From Amoebophrya sp. A120 (Eukaryota; Protista; Dinoflagellata): a DNA stretch of 64,000 bases. Location: the NCBI GenBank assembly GCA_905178155.1, contig CAJINV010000002.1, positions 8,017,224 through 8,081,223 on the forward strand, written 5' to 3'. The notes beneath the pieces are model-generated. The model was not told where the DNA came from. It ran no database searches and saw only the letters and a list, made by a program, of their open reading frames with translations. The translations under genes were made by a program, and so were the position numbers. Positions 40,856 through 54,501 of this stretch are shown one piece after another. Numbering within the stretch: position 1 is the first letter of the stretch; each line of letters starts with the position of its first letter.

Positions 40856-43573
40856 ATGTTTTTCGGTGGTTTTCCGGGCGGGGGTTTCCCTGGCATGGAC
40901 GGCGGGGACGGGTTTCCCGGCATGGGCGGCAAAGGGCGCGGCAAGAAGGACGTCGACACAGAGGCGTTTTACAAATTGCTGGATGTAGACAAGAACGCTT
41001 CAGGGCCGGATATCAAGAAGGCCTACCGAAAGTTGGCCATCAAGCACCACCCCGATAAAGGTGAGACGAAGAAACACGACATTTAGACGTGTTTTTTTTT
41101 TGCTGCACGACCAGAAGCATGGTCCATTTATTTTCCTGCTCATGTAGCAGAATTCTTCACGGCGATATTATGGACATTTCCATTTATTCGAAGGCTATGC
41201 ACTCGAAATTTTTTGCAACACAACTCCACCAGGTGGCGACCCGGAGACATTTAAGGAGATCACCAAGGCATACGAAGTGTTGAGCGACGAAAACAAGCGA
41301 AAACTGTACGACCAATATGGTGAGGAGGGCGTCGAGTCAGGGGGCGGCGGTTCCGACCCAACCGACATCTTCGACATGGTCTTCGGAGGTGGCGGTGGCC
41401 GCAGGCGAGGCGGCGGCGCAGGGGGCGCGAAGAGAAAAGGTGTGGATACAGCTCCTACCCTGGATGATTTTTCGTCGCCGCGCAGATAAATAATTGGAAT
41501 CAAAAGTAAATTTCTTGGAAAGCGCAGGGAATTGTTCTCACTGTATGCTGTGGATAATAAATTTCCTCTGTAGTCACAACATGAGCTGATGCTAAAACCT
41601 CAGGTAAGGACGTGGTGCACCCAATGGACGTCACACTCGAGCAACTCTACAACGGACACACCAAGAAACTCGCAATTAACCGAACTGTCATCGACCAGAA
41701 AGTTGGGGTATTGAAGTTTTTTTCGGCGTAATACTGCCGTGGACGAACAATAATGTAGAAAATCAAAATCTCTGAAGGCGGTTCTTGTGGCTTGGGTCGG
41801 GAAAGGACCTGTTTGGTGGCTCGGGGAAGATGATGAAAACATAGGTTAGCGCGCTGTCGCGTGAAGCACGTAATTAGTGAAAGTAAAGTGTTTATTTTCG
41901 ATCGTACACCTTATCAGGTAAAAGAATGCGACGCGTGCGATGGGCGCGGGGTGGTGATCCAGGTTATGCGAATGGGGAACATGATCCAGCAAATGCAGCA
42001 GCAGTGCACAAAGTGCGGCGGCTCCGGAAAAATCTACAAGACGAAAAAGGAGAAGGAAATTCTTGAGGTGTTTGTGGACCGGGGTGCCCCAGATCTGAAT
42101 AAAGTCGTCTTCTACGCCAAGGCGGACGAACAGCCAGGTAAGAATTTTGGCATGATAGCGCAAAAGTTTATTTTGCTCATGTTTTTCTCCACTTCAGATA
42201 TGTTGCCTCACTGGCGTTTTCTGGTTCACAAAATCCGCTTATCTTCGAAAGCACAGGGAACTACAAACTACAACTGCTTGTTGGTGTTACTTTCTCTCCT
42301 CGGATCTTCTTCTCGTGAAGATGAGGGCCACGCTTCGCATATCAAAACTGTGCAGGTTATGAGGCGGGCGATGTGCAGTTTGTGCTGCAGGAGAAGGAAC
42401 ACACCGTGTTCAAGCGTAACAAGGCCGATCTCACCGTCCAGAAGAACATCACGCTTTTAGAGGCACTCACCGGATTCACCATGGAAATCACGCACCTGGA
42501 TGGCCGCAAGCTGTTGGTAAAGAGCGCACCCGGGGAGGTGATCTGCCCCCCAAAAAACGTAGAAGCGGACTGGGAAGTGTTCGACGAGATGGAATCAGCA
42601 GGTCAGGACGTCGCAACCTGCACCTACAGCGACCCGGCAAAATTAAAGGAGGTACTTAGATACTTTTGTTCTCGGCGATTGATAGGTGGATTTTTTTAAT
42701 GTTGCGACTGTATCTTGGGTTTGTGGCACCGGTGCTTAATATATAACAGCTCGATGATTTTTTTGCATGTTCGCGAGAAAGCGAAGTCATCACTCTACGA
42801 CCTTTGTTTGTAAATTAATAATCGCAGGTCTGCCTCCAGAAGGGTTTTAACGGTTTCGTGCTCGACAAGGAGAGCAACAAAGCCATTTTCCGGGAGTTGA
42901 CGCGCGACGAGTTTTTGTCTAAGAAGAAGAAGAAGGCCGGCATGAAACTGTTTGTGGTTCCCGACCCGGAATTGCTGGCCGCCGGCCGAATGCGAAAGTG
43001 CGTCAAGGGGGAGGGCATGCCCGTGTTCAAGAACCCCATGCTCAAGGGAAACCTGTTTATCGAGCTCACCATCGACTTCCCCAAGAGCATCTCCGAAGAC
43101 GCCGCAAAGGTATACTTTTCTGCCGACTTTTGCATTTCTTGCCATGTTGACTTCTGCCTCCAATGCTTATGCTGCATTGATTTTTTCGTCCTTTTGCATC
43201 AAGTTTTGGTTCTTTTTCTTCTCACTGTCAACAACCTGAAGAAATAAAAACTGCCATCACTCGTCTGCTCCTTTTCTACTACTGAGGTTCTTGTAAGAAC
43301 TGGTAGGCTGGGAAAAGAAATTCGTACCATAGAATGATGATCTCAACTTCGCTCATCCCGACTCCACAACAGCAACTCCGCAAGATGCTGCCGGGCCCGG
43401 ACCCGATGCAGGTCCCAGATGAGGAGGACGAGCACTTTGAGCACCACTATGTGGTCGATATGGACCCCGTCACCTCGGAAAAGGAGCACGCTGCGGCGTA
43501 CGAAGACGACGAGGATGACGAGCGCCGCGCCGGCATGGGCGGCGGCCAGGGGGTCCAGTGTGCGCAGCAGTGA
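40856..43573 (+). CDS. DNAJA: Type I Hsp40/DnaJ (YDJ1/DNAJA-like), canonical GT-AG introns
   Basis: J domain with HPD ([10 protein letters not shown]), G/F region, CDACDGRG and [13 protein letters not shown], CaaX end CAQQ*. Confidence 0.93.
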
Positions 43574-46108
43574 GCGAGGAAACAATTTATTGCGCCTGCT
43601 TCGACGATTTACCCGCACCTACCACGGATACAAATCAACACAGATCGCCCTGTTCGCTGAATCCGCCTCTTCATGCGGGTCCAGCGGTGAAGCGATGCGA
43701 CGACAAAGAAGCAGTCAAGCAAACGCAATTCTTGCACATTCGGCTCACCTAGGTAAAATATCATCCGGTTTATAAAACTAAGTACAACAGACCAATAAAA
43801 GTCTCAAGCAACAAAGAAGACGATTATACCACAAGATGTATATTTCAAGAAGACGATTTCAGAAGACCCCCGATGTAGTAGTTGTGTAGCACACAAAACG
43901 AATCTCGTCCAATTGGGGGTTTTTCATGTTGCAAGATTTTTCTTTTCTTTTTCCGACTTTCTTAAAAAGCTAGACTTGTTCACGTGACTAGGAACCCCAG
44001 TCATAGAGGGTCTTTTTCTTTTTCTTAGTATCTCGTTTGATATGCAATACAGTTGTCGGCGGTCTTTTTTTTTCCCAAATTTTTATCCTAACCCAGAACT
44101 ATATATCGTCGGGGGAAAAGTCCGGCTGAGACACGATTGATGGCTGCCGGGGTCGTCCTTTTTTAGCAGCAACTCGTTCTGCTTGAATGCAGACAATAGC
44201 ACAGCGATAGCACAGGCATTTATTGACGCGTTTCTTCGGAGGGGGAAGGGAGCAAAGCTGCCCGTTTTTTTGGCATCTCTGCTTTCTACCTCTACCGCCG
44301 AGTGCGTATGCTGTACGCGATTCTGGTGAAGTGCCTGGTAGCTCGCCCGTCCTTCTGACGCTATCAGAACGATCGCCACTACTAGAGAATTAAAAAAATT
44401 TACCAGCAGTAGAGCACCCCCGGGAATAGCCCACGAAACAAGACAGTGGGCTATAGTAGAGCGCACAGAGCAGATCATAGTAGATTCTGGTAAGCGAGTT
44501 GTGAGCGCCAGCAGCGCCATCGTGTGTACAGGGAGGAAAACAGGAGCAGCAAGCCGACTATTCTTGACGTAGCTGACGACGGAGTCGACCCTTTAAAGTA
44601 TACAGTTTGCATTTATAGTTTTTTCCTCGACAACGCTAGAACAAGCGGAAACAAGCGACTTCATTCTATTCTGACACGCTGCGGTCAAGAACCGCGGCCC
44701 TGATGCAGAGGTTGTTGAGATTTTTAAAAGCCACTTTTATGTGTTTCTTTCAAGACAAAATGAACAAAAGAACGAACCAGTTTACGTAGGAAAAGTAGCT
44801 CACTACCGTTTTGATGAAGCAAGAGGAGATTGGTCTGTGGTTTTGCAAATGATAGTACAACATTGCGTTGCGACGCGACGAAATTTTCCAGTCGTGGCAC
44901 TTTCCCTGCGTCTGCGTCACGACTCGTACAGATCAGTAGTACCTAGCATAGCAAAGACTAGACGCAACAAGAATATCTCTGGTCAGTGCCATCAAGCAAT
45001 CCGGTCGTGGGCATATTTTTGCTGGCATCCGATGTTGTGAGCCGGTTGGGGTGAGCTAGTCAAAGGAAAGAACAGATATTACGTGCTAAAACAAAAACCA
45101 ACCTTACAATGCACCCGTGTGTCTGTCTGTCATCAGACGGCACTGACACGACACAAAATTGAGGCTGAGGCATGAAGCAAATGCAGATACTGAAAAGCGA
45201 AAATGAACTTCCAGAAACTATTACAACCTCGCCGATGAAATAAGGGACCTTTCTTGCTCTTGACACCCTTTTTTCAAAAGAATTGCTGTACTGTCATATG
45301 GACACTGCTTTCCAGTTTTTCTTCCTTGCTGGTGTTGCTCTCGTTGCGAATATGCAGCGTCAGCATGAGGAATTTGCTTTACGTTTACTCGTTGTTTGAA
45401 ATAAAAGCGAAATTGAAAGTAAGCTATACCCGCTCGGTTTCGTACGAGATCGGTACTGGACAATAATACGTTCGGAATTAGCAGTTTTATGTATCATGTT
45501 TTTCGAAACTACGATTGCGAATTCTTGTCCTTCTCGGTGTTTATCATCAGATTTCTGCTGCAAAGAAAAAATAACGAATCAAATAGAGTTGCTAGAGAAA
45601 GATGTCTCATTTTCGGTGAAGTGCAAGATTGATTTCTGTATTTTTTACGTAGCCCCTGTAGTTGTATTGGTGTTGCTGTTGGTCACACGTCGGAAGCTAG
45701 TACTACACACGCCGCGATCTGTCCGCCAATGGCTCCTACTTTTCGGTTGCAAAGAGTCATTGCTTCATGATCATCACCCATTCATCTGTGTCGTCGGTGA
45801 GGTCTTGTCAGGAGTAGCAAAAGCCGGCATGTTGTGATTTTCTAAAGTCACGGATCTAGTAGCAGCCTGAGTCAGTTTTTACGATTCTCGTTTTCCACAA
45901 TTTTTCCTTCTCCCTAAACAGGCACGGCGCAAGATTGACACGCCTTTGTTGGCAATGGAACATGATTACAACGATCATGACTGTACATCATGCTAGAATG
46001 TGAACCTTTCTGCTCATCTTCTTTTGCATCGTTCGGACCCGCACGAAATTATTTCCGGTGTCACGTAGTAGATGTAGACGGTAGAGGATCGCCACAGCAC
46101 TAGAAATC

Positions 46109-49100
46109 ATGCCGGTGTGTGCCCAGGTGGAGCTGCTCGAGGGGGATGACCGGAAGAAAAACTGGGTGTACTTCCGGCCCGCGTTGGTGAAAACGAAGGC
46201 CCACGGCCACCTGTCGTCCGAAGACGAGGCGCGCAACCGGAAGGCGCGAGGAACCTGGATCATTTTCTTCTCGGGCGACATATGGAAGCGTCAGGTTTGA
46301 AATCGTCAAAGTTGAAATAATTTGTAATGCATAAAATGCATGACCCGAGGCACGTGTGTTCCAGAGCAGGCAAGTGAGGCCGATTGTAAGCCTGTTTGGG
46401 GTTACAGCTCGAGCTGCTAAAGTAGCATGAGAAAATCGCTCTTCTTTGCCTAAACAGCATGACAAACTGGATTTAGGGACCACCGAAATTTGTCATGCGC
46501 CACTTGGGAACTGGGTTCCAACTGGCATCCATTTTATGCATTACAAATTATTTTAACTTTGACCATTTCAAACCTGACGCTTCTATACGACATCTCGGAT
46601 TTCGCGGGGACCGCGCGGAAACAGAAATCTCCGTTTGGGGAAGAGTATGCACTGCAAAACAAGTGTAGGTCTTCTTGGGCACGTACGAATTTTTGCAATA
46701 GTTGTACTGTCGTGCGCTGAAGACAGGAGATCTGCTTTCATCTATACCTGAAGGATAATCTGCGTGACAGATCGCATTATTTCTCTAGTACGATGAATAT
46801 ATGAAGGATCACCACATGCTATTCACATACGCGTTGGACAAAACAACTTTTGCAGTGCATAGGGAGTACAGCGTAGACATGATGATGTGGCTGCTGAGTG
46901 CCCGGTTTGCGGTATCGAATGTAAAAATGTCTGGGTCTGGAAGAGTCCAAATTTGTGATGCTGAATTTGGATTCCAAAAAAATCTGGATTGCATGAGCAG
47001 CAAAGGGAGTGTAATTTTTGCTACGCGGAGAGGGCATTTGTCATGCGGAAAAGGCATCGCGAAGCCCTCAAAAAATCTGTAATGCTAAGGCATGCATCAC
47101 AGACATTATGGGTCATGGAAAATATGCATGACTAGTCTCAGAATCTTCCAGACCCAGACATTTTTACATTTGATATGCGGACCACGCGAACATCTTTGTC
47201 GTACGGGCCGAAACCGTGAATTCCGAGTTTTCCGCGGTCTACCGCAACTTTCTCCGGATCCAGCAGGGGTCGCACACGGGCGAGCCTTTGCGGCTGAGCA
47301 GTGAGAATCTGATCCACATCTACACCCAGGAGCAGGTCGATGGGCTGTCCATGCGGCACCTGCCCTCGCACCACCACCACCGCGGCTCGGACCTCATGGC
47401 GCCGCCGAGGGCCTCCGAGTCAGCCGGCGGCGCGACGCGCATGAGTCTCGTGGAAGACAACTACAGGACAACGACTGCCTCTGGGATGAAAGAGAGTATA
47501 GCTGCAGTGGCTCCACCTCCTGCCCCGAAGCGGATTCTCTTCGCACCGAGAACGACGGCGGGAATAGCCAAGGCGCTCGTGCAGGAGGACGCACGCCACC
47601 ACCTGGTGGCTCCGAACAGCAACCCCAAATTTCACGGTCCGGACGCGGACCGCATTCACTCTAAGTTGCAGCACCACCACCTGTCCGCGCACGCGAACAC
47701 CAAAGCGGGACACAGCGCGGCTACCGGCCTCACGCTCACCGTGCCGGAGAGCCACGCGGGCGGCAAGATGCACGCGGGAGCCGCTGGACTCAAGCTAGAG
47801 CTGCACCACGTGAAAAAAACGACCAGCCCACTGAAGGAGCACCACGCGGGTGAGCACTTCCACCACGGGACCTCGTCCCCCACTACACTCACGGCGCACA
47901 ATTTAAAGGCCCTGGACAAGAATTTTCACCACGCGCTGCACGATAGGACGTCGAGTAAGGAGAACTACAAGCACCATGCTGGACCACGAATAGGGGGCGC
48001 ACCACCTCCAGGTTCGCACCGCAACTCGACCGGGTCCGACATGAGTAAGGGCAGCCGTTCGTCCCGCATCTCCGTCCAGTCCGCGCCGCGGTCGCCGCGC
48101 AACGCGTGCGTCGTGGACGCCGTGGGGCACCTGACGAAGCTGCTCGAGGACCTAATTTTTCACCACTACACCCCAAACTCCGCGTTGAACGCCGATCCTT
48201 TGATTGTGGAAGACATCGTCCTGCTCGGCTTTTTTATCAACATGCAGAAAACCTTCACTGGCATAAAAAGTTAGATTTGCACTTGTCAATCCATGGAACG
48301 CGCGCAAGCGCGAGCCCATAGGTAGTTGTACTGGGCCGTCGAGGGCGGACAAGCTGTTAGCTTTTTCTATGGTGTACGACTCGTTCTATGCAAGGCGACT
48401 TCGGCAATGTGCTAGCTGTTTTTCTGCGGGATATTTTCCAAGGGGCATCTGGTGTTGAACTCCCTTCTGGTCAACGCAACGGTGCTATTACATGGCGTTA
48501 CTGCTCCAACAGAAAACACCTCTCCACCGATGCAGCAACCCGGTCCTTATCAGGCCTTCTGGTCCCGGGTCCGCGAGGTACACTGGCTGGACCCAGGCAA
48601 AAACGCGGCGGTGGAAACCTTCCCGCCCAAGGTGCTCTTGCTCCACCACCGGGAGCAGATGCAGCAGGTTTCCGAAGCGGTAGCTTTTGAGTGCCAGGCT
48701 GGCTCCTGCAGGTTCTGCTTCCACGGCACACCGTATGAGAGTACGTGACTCCCTCTCGTCCTTGTCGTTCGTCATGCAAAAACGCAGTTCTAGCTGTTGC
48801 CTTTTGGCGCTGCTTGCATTGCAGGTTTCTGCAGCCCATCAAACAGTACTTACTACATTCTTGCATGGATTGGTGCTCCAGAGGCTGCACCTTCGCTAAC
48901 GCTTCTATTGCTGTTCATGCTACATTTATTCGAATGAGGGGAAGGAGAGTTGTGCTTGTGCGTGGTCATACGCCACGACAGCTGCACGACCCGGAGGAGC
49001 CGACGATGCGGGGCCAGTTCGACCAGGTCTCGGTGGACTGCGAGGCGCTGAGCCTACCGTTTCTGCTACCAAAGGGAAAAGAGCCACTCCACCCTTGATA

Positions 49101-50100
49101 GTACTCAGCCACATGACGCGCAGGCTGTCTTGCATGATTTTACCTATTAGCACTCCATAATTTTTTTGGCGTGTGGGAAGGAATTGTGATCATGTTCAGT
49201 AGATTTGTACTTTGAAAATAGCCACTGAAGGCTCTAGCATCTATATCGTAGCTCTCTGCTATTGCCGGAAGATTGTCTACCGTAATAAAAAAAACCCGAC
49301 AGTCAGATATAACATATAGAGCCGTCATTTGCAAGTCGAATACAAGTTGAGTGTGTGTTATTTTGAGGGGTGCCAGGAGCAGGCATGTTTTGCTTTTGAT
49401 ATCCGCAGCAGTTTTATTTCAACGAGTACAACTCCCCGGAGCTGTTCGAGCCGGAGAACGGGAACATCGCACTCCTGATCCACTTCAAAATCCTGTATCT
49501 TCAGTAAAAACGCCCCCACACCTTCTTTGTCATTCAAAAAAATCTGGTCGTTGCCCAGTATGTCTGTTCTACTGCGGCGAAGTACTTACTTAGTTACCCA
49601 TGAGACCCATTTCCTAGTCCCGGTTGGAAAATTGTGCTGTTTCTAACGTGGACGAAGAAGTAGGCTCGTGATGGAGCTGCTGCACTAGCTATGTACAACC
49701 TCGCTACAGATGAATTCAGCCTTGTCCTCTTGATACGTGAAGATGATGAGCCCCAGAATCTCTACACGTGCGACGTTGCAGACTGTGTGGGGACGTTTTA
49801 TTTCCTTCCGTCGATATCCGGGAGCAGTTTGGCAGTCCCTTTCTCTTCCTGCAGCAAGAGCAAAGCTTGAGCACGTCGGGCGCCGGGGCTCAACCTCCGG
49901 CCGAGCGGACCTCGCGCAGGAGGTCCTCAAATCGCATGTCGGTGGTAGAAGACGAAACATTTGCGCGCCGCATGAGCATCGACTCCGAGGACGACGGAGG
50001 TGCTGGAAGAAACAGCACTACTGGCGACCAGCCGTTCACGCCCGAGACGTACAAGAAAATGTTTGGGAAACACCTCGTCGTCTGGCCCATAAAGAAGTAA
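46109..50100 (+). CDS. C2orf69/UPF0565-like alpha/beta-hydrolase-fold protein, multi-exon; start approximate
   Basis: Spliced motifs IFFSGD, LSARF..IFVVR..FSAVYRNF, IVLLGFSKG (GxSxG), VHWLDPG, FHGTPRQL.DP, HFKIL resemble the UPF0565 motif order (recognised from memory). Confidence 0.72.
46281..46587. mobile_element. Introner, family 4 (long ~57-bp TIR)
   Basis: tatggaagcgtcaggtttgaaat.. / ..atttcaaacctgacgcttctata; DR CGACA; splice gives SGD|ISDF. Confidence 0.92.
46646..46861. mobile_element. Introner, family 5
   Basis: Perfect 14-bp TIR tatgcactgcaaaa/ttttgcagtgcata; DR aagag/gggag. Confidence 0.85.
46913..47175. mobile_element. Introner, family 1
   Basis: ~32-bp TIR; DR TGCGG; splice gives ARFA|DHANIF, in frame with the 47216 ORF. 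Confidence 0.93.
48235..48433. mobile_element. Introner-type intron (TATC...GATA)
   Basis: DR ttttt/ttttc; splice creates GFSKG. Confidence 0.75.
48734..48970. mobile_element. Introner, family 3-like
   Basis: tatgagagt...cata; DR caccg/cgcca; splice gives HGTP|RQL. Confidence 0.7.
49496..49816. mobile_element. Introner, family 2 (diverged)
   Basis: TATC..aaaaacgcccccacacc / gtgtggggacgtttta..GATA; DR tcctg/tccgg; splice gives HFKIL|EQF. Confidence 0.8.
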
Positions 50101-51566
50101 AAGAGAAACAGTACAGTAGGGCGGAATAGTCTTTTATTTTTGATGCTGCTGGTGAAATGAGTACGAGTAGTTTAATATTCTGTAGGCCGCTTAGTTCTAC
50201 TTCGACCTTCATCTATTACGCAGCGGTTCCCGTGCGCCAAGCCAAGAATTTGCGCTTGAAGGCGGGATAATTTTCGGCGTGTTGAACATACGTCTACACT
50301 TCGTGTCTGTGTCAGTACAGTAGTTGAGCAGAAGCACATTTGGTTTTCTTTCTGTCATCGATCTTTTTCGCATTGATGCTTTCATGCGCCGGTCGCATCT
50401 ACCCTATATTTTTTGTTAGGGCCGAGAAAGAGAAGCAAAGCTCGAACATGAGCGAACATGCGTCCGCGGTAGCACAGGAGAGGTGTTCGCACAGTAAGGA
50501 CTTTCCGCATATGAAAGTGAGTTTGCGCTGCAAGAAGTGATTTGCTTGCGTCCTCCGTTGCAGATTTCGCTGGTTTTATCACGCGGAAACGATATCATAT
50601 ACAATTTAGCTGCTTCTGATGATCAACATATCTGCATCTATAAGATTCGGTTGTATGCAAAAGCGGTTGATGCGCGTACGCAAAAGCGGTTGATGCGAAT
50701 GCATGTTTGGCATCGGGATCGGAATGTAATTCGTGGCACGTACAACTCGCAATGAACACAACTCGAAGCCAACTCGGTATATTAAGCATTTGCCGTCGTT
50801 GTCGTTCAAACAAGCCAGTGTGCTATTCGCCGTCGTTCAACAATTTTTCTGGTCGGTTTCGTTCCGCATAATTTTTGTGAAATAAAACCGCGACACCGAC
50901 GCGCAGCACTCGGTAAGAAACGTTAGCTGTGCCCGTCGTACCTTCGTCCTGTGGAGTTTGATTCCTGCTTTTCGCTTTCTCGTCTGAGTGCAGGTCCAGT
51001 TGATTTAGTCTACACCCAAAAACTCGTGTGCACATGGTGACAAAACAACAGGTCGCTTCATTAAGTATGAATTTCTCGACACTTTTTATATGACCCGGTT
51101 CAATCGCACAAGCACGGAAGCAGCCCCCTCGTGCTTTTTTTTCGTAAAAGAATTCACATTTCGTGTCCACCTCTAGGGCTATAGAATTCAAATTTCGTAG
51201 TTTCCATCTCAAGGGTTTTAAGGTCAAGCAGGGCTATTTGTAGTAAGTACGAGTAAGACCCGCTTCCTTTCGGTTGTCTTACTTACTCTCTTTCGTGTAA
51301 AGTACGAGACGGAGTGTCATTCCGAAATAAGCGAGGGGCTTCAGGTGTAGTATCATTCGGAATATTCAAACATTCGGTTTCTCGGGGAGTTTTTGCAGCG
51401 AAAAGTACCAGACCCTTGCGAACCTCTGATTCCTAACAAAGAAATACACAGCTTTCGACGACTGGAGGAGGTTTATGTTGAAATAGAACCACCCACGCGG
51501 CGTCGGAAAGTCAAAGGACTATCTTTCCCAGCAGACGTCGAGTAAAAATTCCACATCAAATAAACC

Positions 51567-53329
51567 ATGCGCGCCACCAGCAGCATGGAGCACCTGGTTC
51601 CGGTGCAGGAGACTTTCGGCGCGGCACCGCACTCCCTCCCCGCGTTCAAGGCCGTCGTCGATTTCGCGTGCATCGTTCTGCCGATCTGCGTGTTCATGTC
51701 CCCCGTCACCGTCTTTTGGCCCGCGTACCGGCAAAACCAGTGGATTGAGGTCCCGCCGCTGCCCTTCACCTCGCAGGTCGGCCAGTGCTTTCTGTGGTGT
51801 CTGTTCGGCCTCTGTCTGGCGCACCACGACCCGCAAGAAGTGAAACCTGAGGAGGGAAAAATCAAAGCAAGTGATGACCCCACAGTAGCGAAACAGGCAA
51901 ACGCGGCTTCACCTCCTCCTCCAGCGGCCTTCCCCTGGGTTGTCGTGTTGCCGAACCTGGCGGGGCTGCTGCTCGGGGTCGTTTTCGTGTACCTGTACCC
52001 GAAGTTTATTCTCTCGAAGGACGTGTCGGCGCGTGCGGGTGGAGAGCAGAGAATGAGCGCAGCTCCTGGCGGCAACATGATAAGTGCACCAAATTCATCC
52101 CCAGCAGCACCGCTCTCCGAGCAGTTTCGCGTGCAGATGTTCGTGCTGGTCGCGATCTGCCTGTTGGGCGTGGGCTTGTTTGAGTTCCACTGTCTCGACA
52201 CGATCGGTTACACAGCGGCCTTCATTGGCTGCTTTCTGCACGCCAGCCCAGTCTTCGCGTTCCATGAGGTATATTGAAATTACTTGGTTGAGATATTTAG
52301 TAGGTCAAGACTGCTCTACCAGAACAAGCTGTATTAAGCCGCTGCGTGATTTTGTGCTATGATTCGCCGCGCCGGCAGTGTCTTTCTCTTTACACAAGCA
52401 CACCGAATAAACACGAAAGGGGGCGCAGATGAATGAAGTAAACCTGCAGAAAATGATTTGCTGTCCTTTGTTGGGCAAGATTTTTGTGAGGAAACTAACC
52501 ACAATAACAGGCGATACGCACCGGCAACGCCAAGGTTCTCGGCACGGTGACGATGAATGTGACGCTGTTGGTGTGCGGCATCGCCTGGGTGTTGCAGGGA
52601 GCGCTGTACCTACACAAGGTGCAGATCATGCTTCCGAACGGACTGGGCACGCTCGCAAATTTGGTCGCGTTGCTCATCCGTGGGTATTTATCTGCCACGC
52701 ACCTCCAGGAAGGAACCAGCAAAACCGGAAATCAGCAAGAAGAGCTGCCCAGCGCGGGCAATAGCAAGCAACAGGACGAGGACGAGAAAGTTGGAATTCT
52801 GCACAAAAACACCACTTACATCGCGACTAGTAGCGGAGCACACTTTAATCTTCCGGTGCCGGGCGGAACAAATAAAGGCGTGCTACGTGTAGAACCACGC
52901 CATCAAAGTCCTACCACGTTGTCCAGCTACGGCAGCGTCGGAACGAGTGCCGTAGTTGTGACAGGAGCAGCACCTACGTCGACTCATTTCCCCCAGAACC
53001 AGAAACCGACCACCGGCAATATGCTACGCAGTCCGGACGATGGCGAACTCAGCAGCAGCGTGAATGGGGAAGCAGGTCCGCTCGTTGTCCAGCATCAGCT
53101 GTACCCGGTCAACTGCAACTACACCGTCGGGAGGACTACTAGTGCGGTCAAAGGTACTGGCATTAACGTGCACGACGTTTCAGCTGACCCTCGACGGAGC
53201 GGAGTGCCAAGCACCACCGCGTCCTCGGATGATGCAGAGGACGAGCAGCAAAGGCTCGCGCGGACCCGCACGCGGTCTGCCAGCGCCATGTGGAGCGCGA
53301 GCCCAGTTCCGGTGGTCGGGCCGAAGTAA
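51567..53329 (+). CDS. SWEET/MtN3-family sugar transporter, two exons (GT-AG intron ~52270-52510)
   Basis: Two MtN3 halves: FMSP..PPLPF..FLWCLFG..LPNLAG and LHASP..AIRTG..WVLQG..MLPNGLG; long low-complexity tail. Confidence 0.82.
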
Positions 53330-54501
53330 TACTAAAGTCCTGCAACGCAGCACCGCGGCGAAGTCTCAACCCATATGATCCAGTGTTTGAAAAGTGAAAA
53401 CTTACAGAGTAGAGATTATACAGCACAGAGTGGTCCTCGTCCTGCTCCCCGCTGTCAGAAGTGGCGGTAGAGGACGCTCGTCCTTGTTATTTCGTCTCTA
53501 TCTTCTAGTCTCCGAGCAGAATAAGGATTCTTATTTTTTTTAGGCTGTTTTTAGAAAGAAGTTGTACGGAGATCATACAAGCATTAACATGCTCGCCAGC
53601 ATCCGGAAGTAACCTGCTGCAAGGGACGTGGTCGAGAGGTGAGCATTTTTCTGTTCCAAGAACTGCTCAAGTGCAACAAGAAGGCAATAAGAATGAATTC
53701 GGGCGGGCAATGTTAACCTTCGAATCGCTGGTTCCTTTCCTCGCCTCTATTTCGCATGGAGCAGACTCTTGTTGGAGGAAAGGCCTCGTGCCCTTTTGCC
53801 GGAAGAGACTGTAAGAAGTCGTACTGTTTTATTCCCTACTTTTCTAAGACATAACATGAAACACACAATCCCTTCTATCCCGATGAAATAGAGAAAGTCT
53901 CAACCCCATACCAGCAGTCTACTGTATACGAATTCTTGTACACATAAAAATACGAAACAATTTGAGATGTTCTTGTAGCGAGTTCTTTACGAAGTAAAAC
54001 CCTCAGGAGCCCGGAGCCGGATTAGAAAACAGAAATGATAGTAGACCCTACACACAAAAAGCCCCGTCGCTTTTGCAATGCACAATCACCGGAATCTGTA
54101 AGAAAGACAAAAAAGGGGAACGAAAATAAAACAAACCAATTCCAAGAAAGACCATGAGAGCACTGTCGAGCAGGTGCATAGATATGGTAGCTGGTAAGTG
54201 TTTATTATCTCCGTTCACACCGCAGTACACGGAAAAAAGAAAAACCCAGTACGAGAGATGAGAAGTCGAGCGGATGAGGGACAAAATAACAGACACAAGT
54301 ACGGCCGGAGAGTTGTCATTAGTACGGCCGTAGAGTTGGCATAGTGGCTATTTGCATACCTTGCGAGGGGGAGAATGCAAAGATCACAATTGTTCTACTT
54401 GTCATCGAAGCGGAACCGCACTGGTCAAAGACCGTCCAACATTATAGAAAAGAGATCCACGAAGATGAGTCCGTTTCCGTTTTAATAAAGTCCAGTAGAA
54501 G

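Noticed and set aside
43800-46000. Short ORFs between DnaJ and the C2orf69-like gene
   Set aside because: No recognisable motifs or codon bias; treated as intergenic/UTR
46801-47380. Recurring short ORFs with KMSGSGR / LPDPDIF / FQTQTF as a gene family
   Set aside because: They are translations of the family-1 introner TIR
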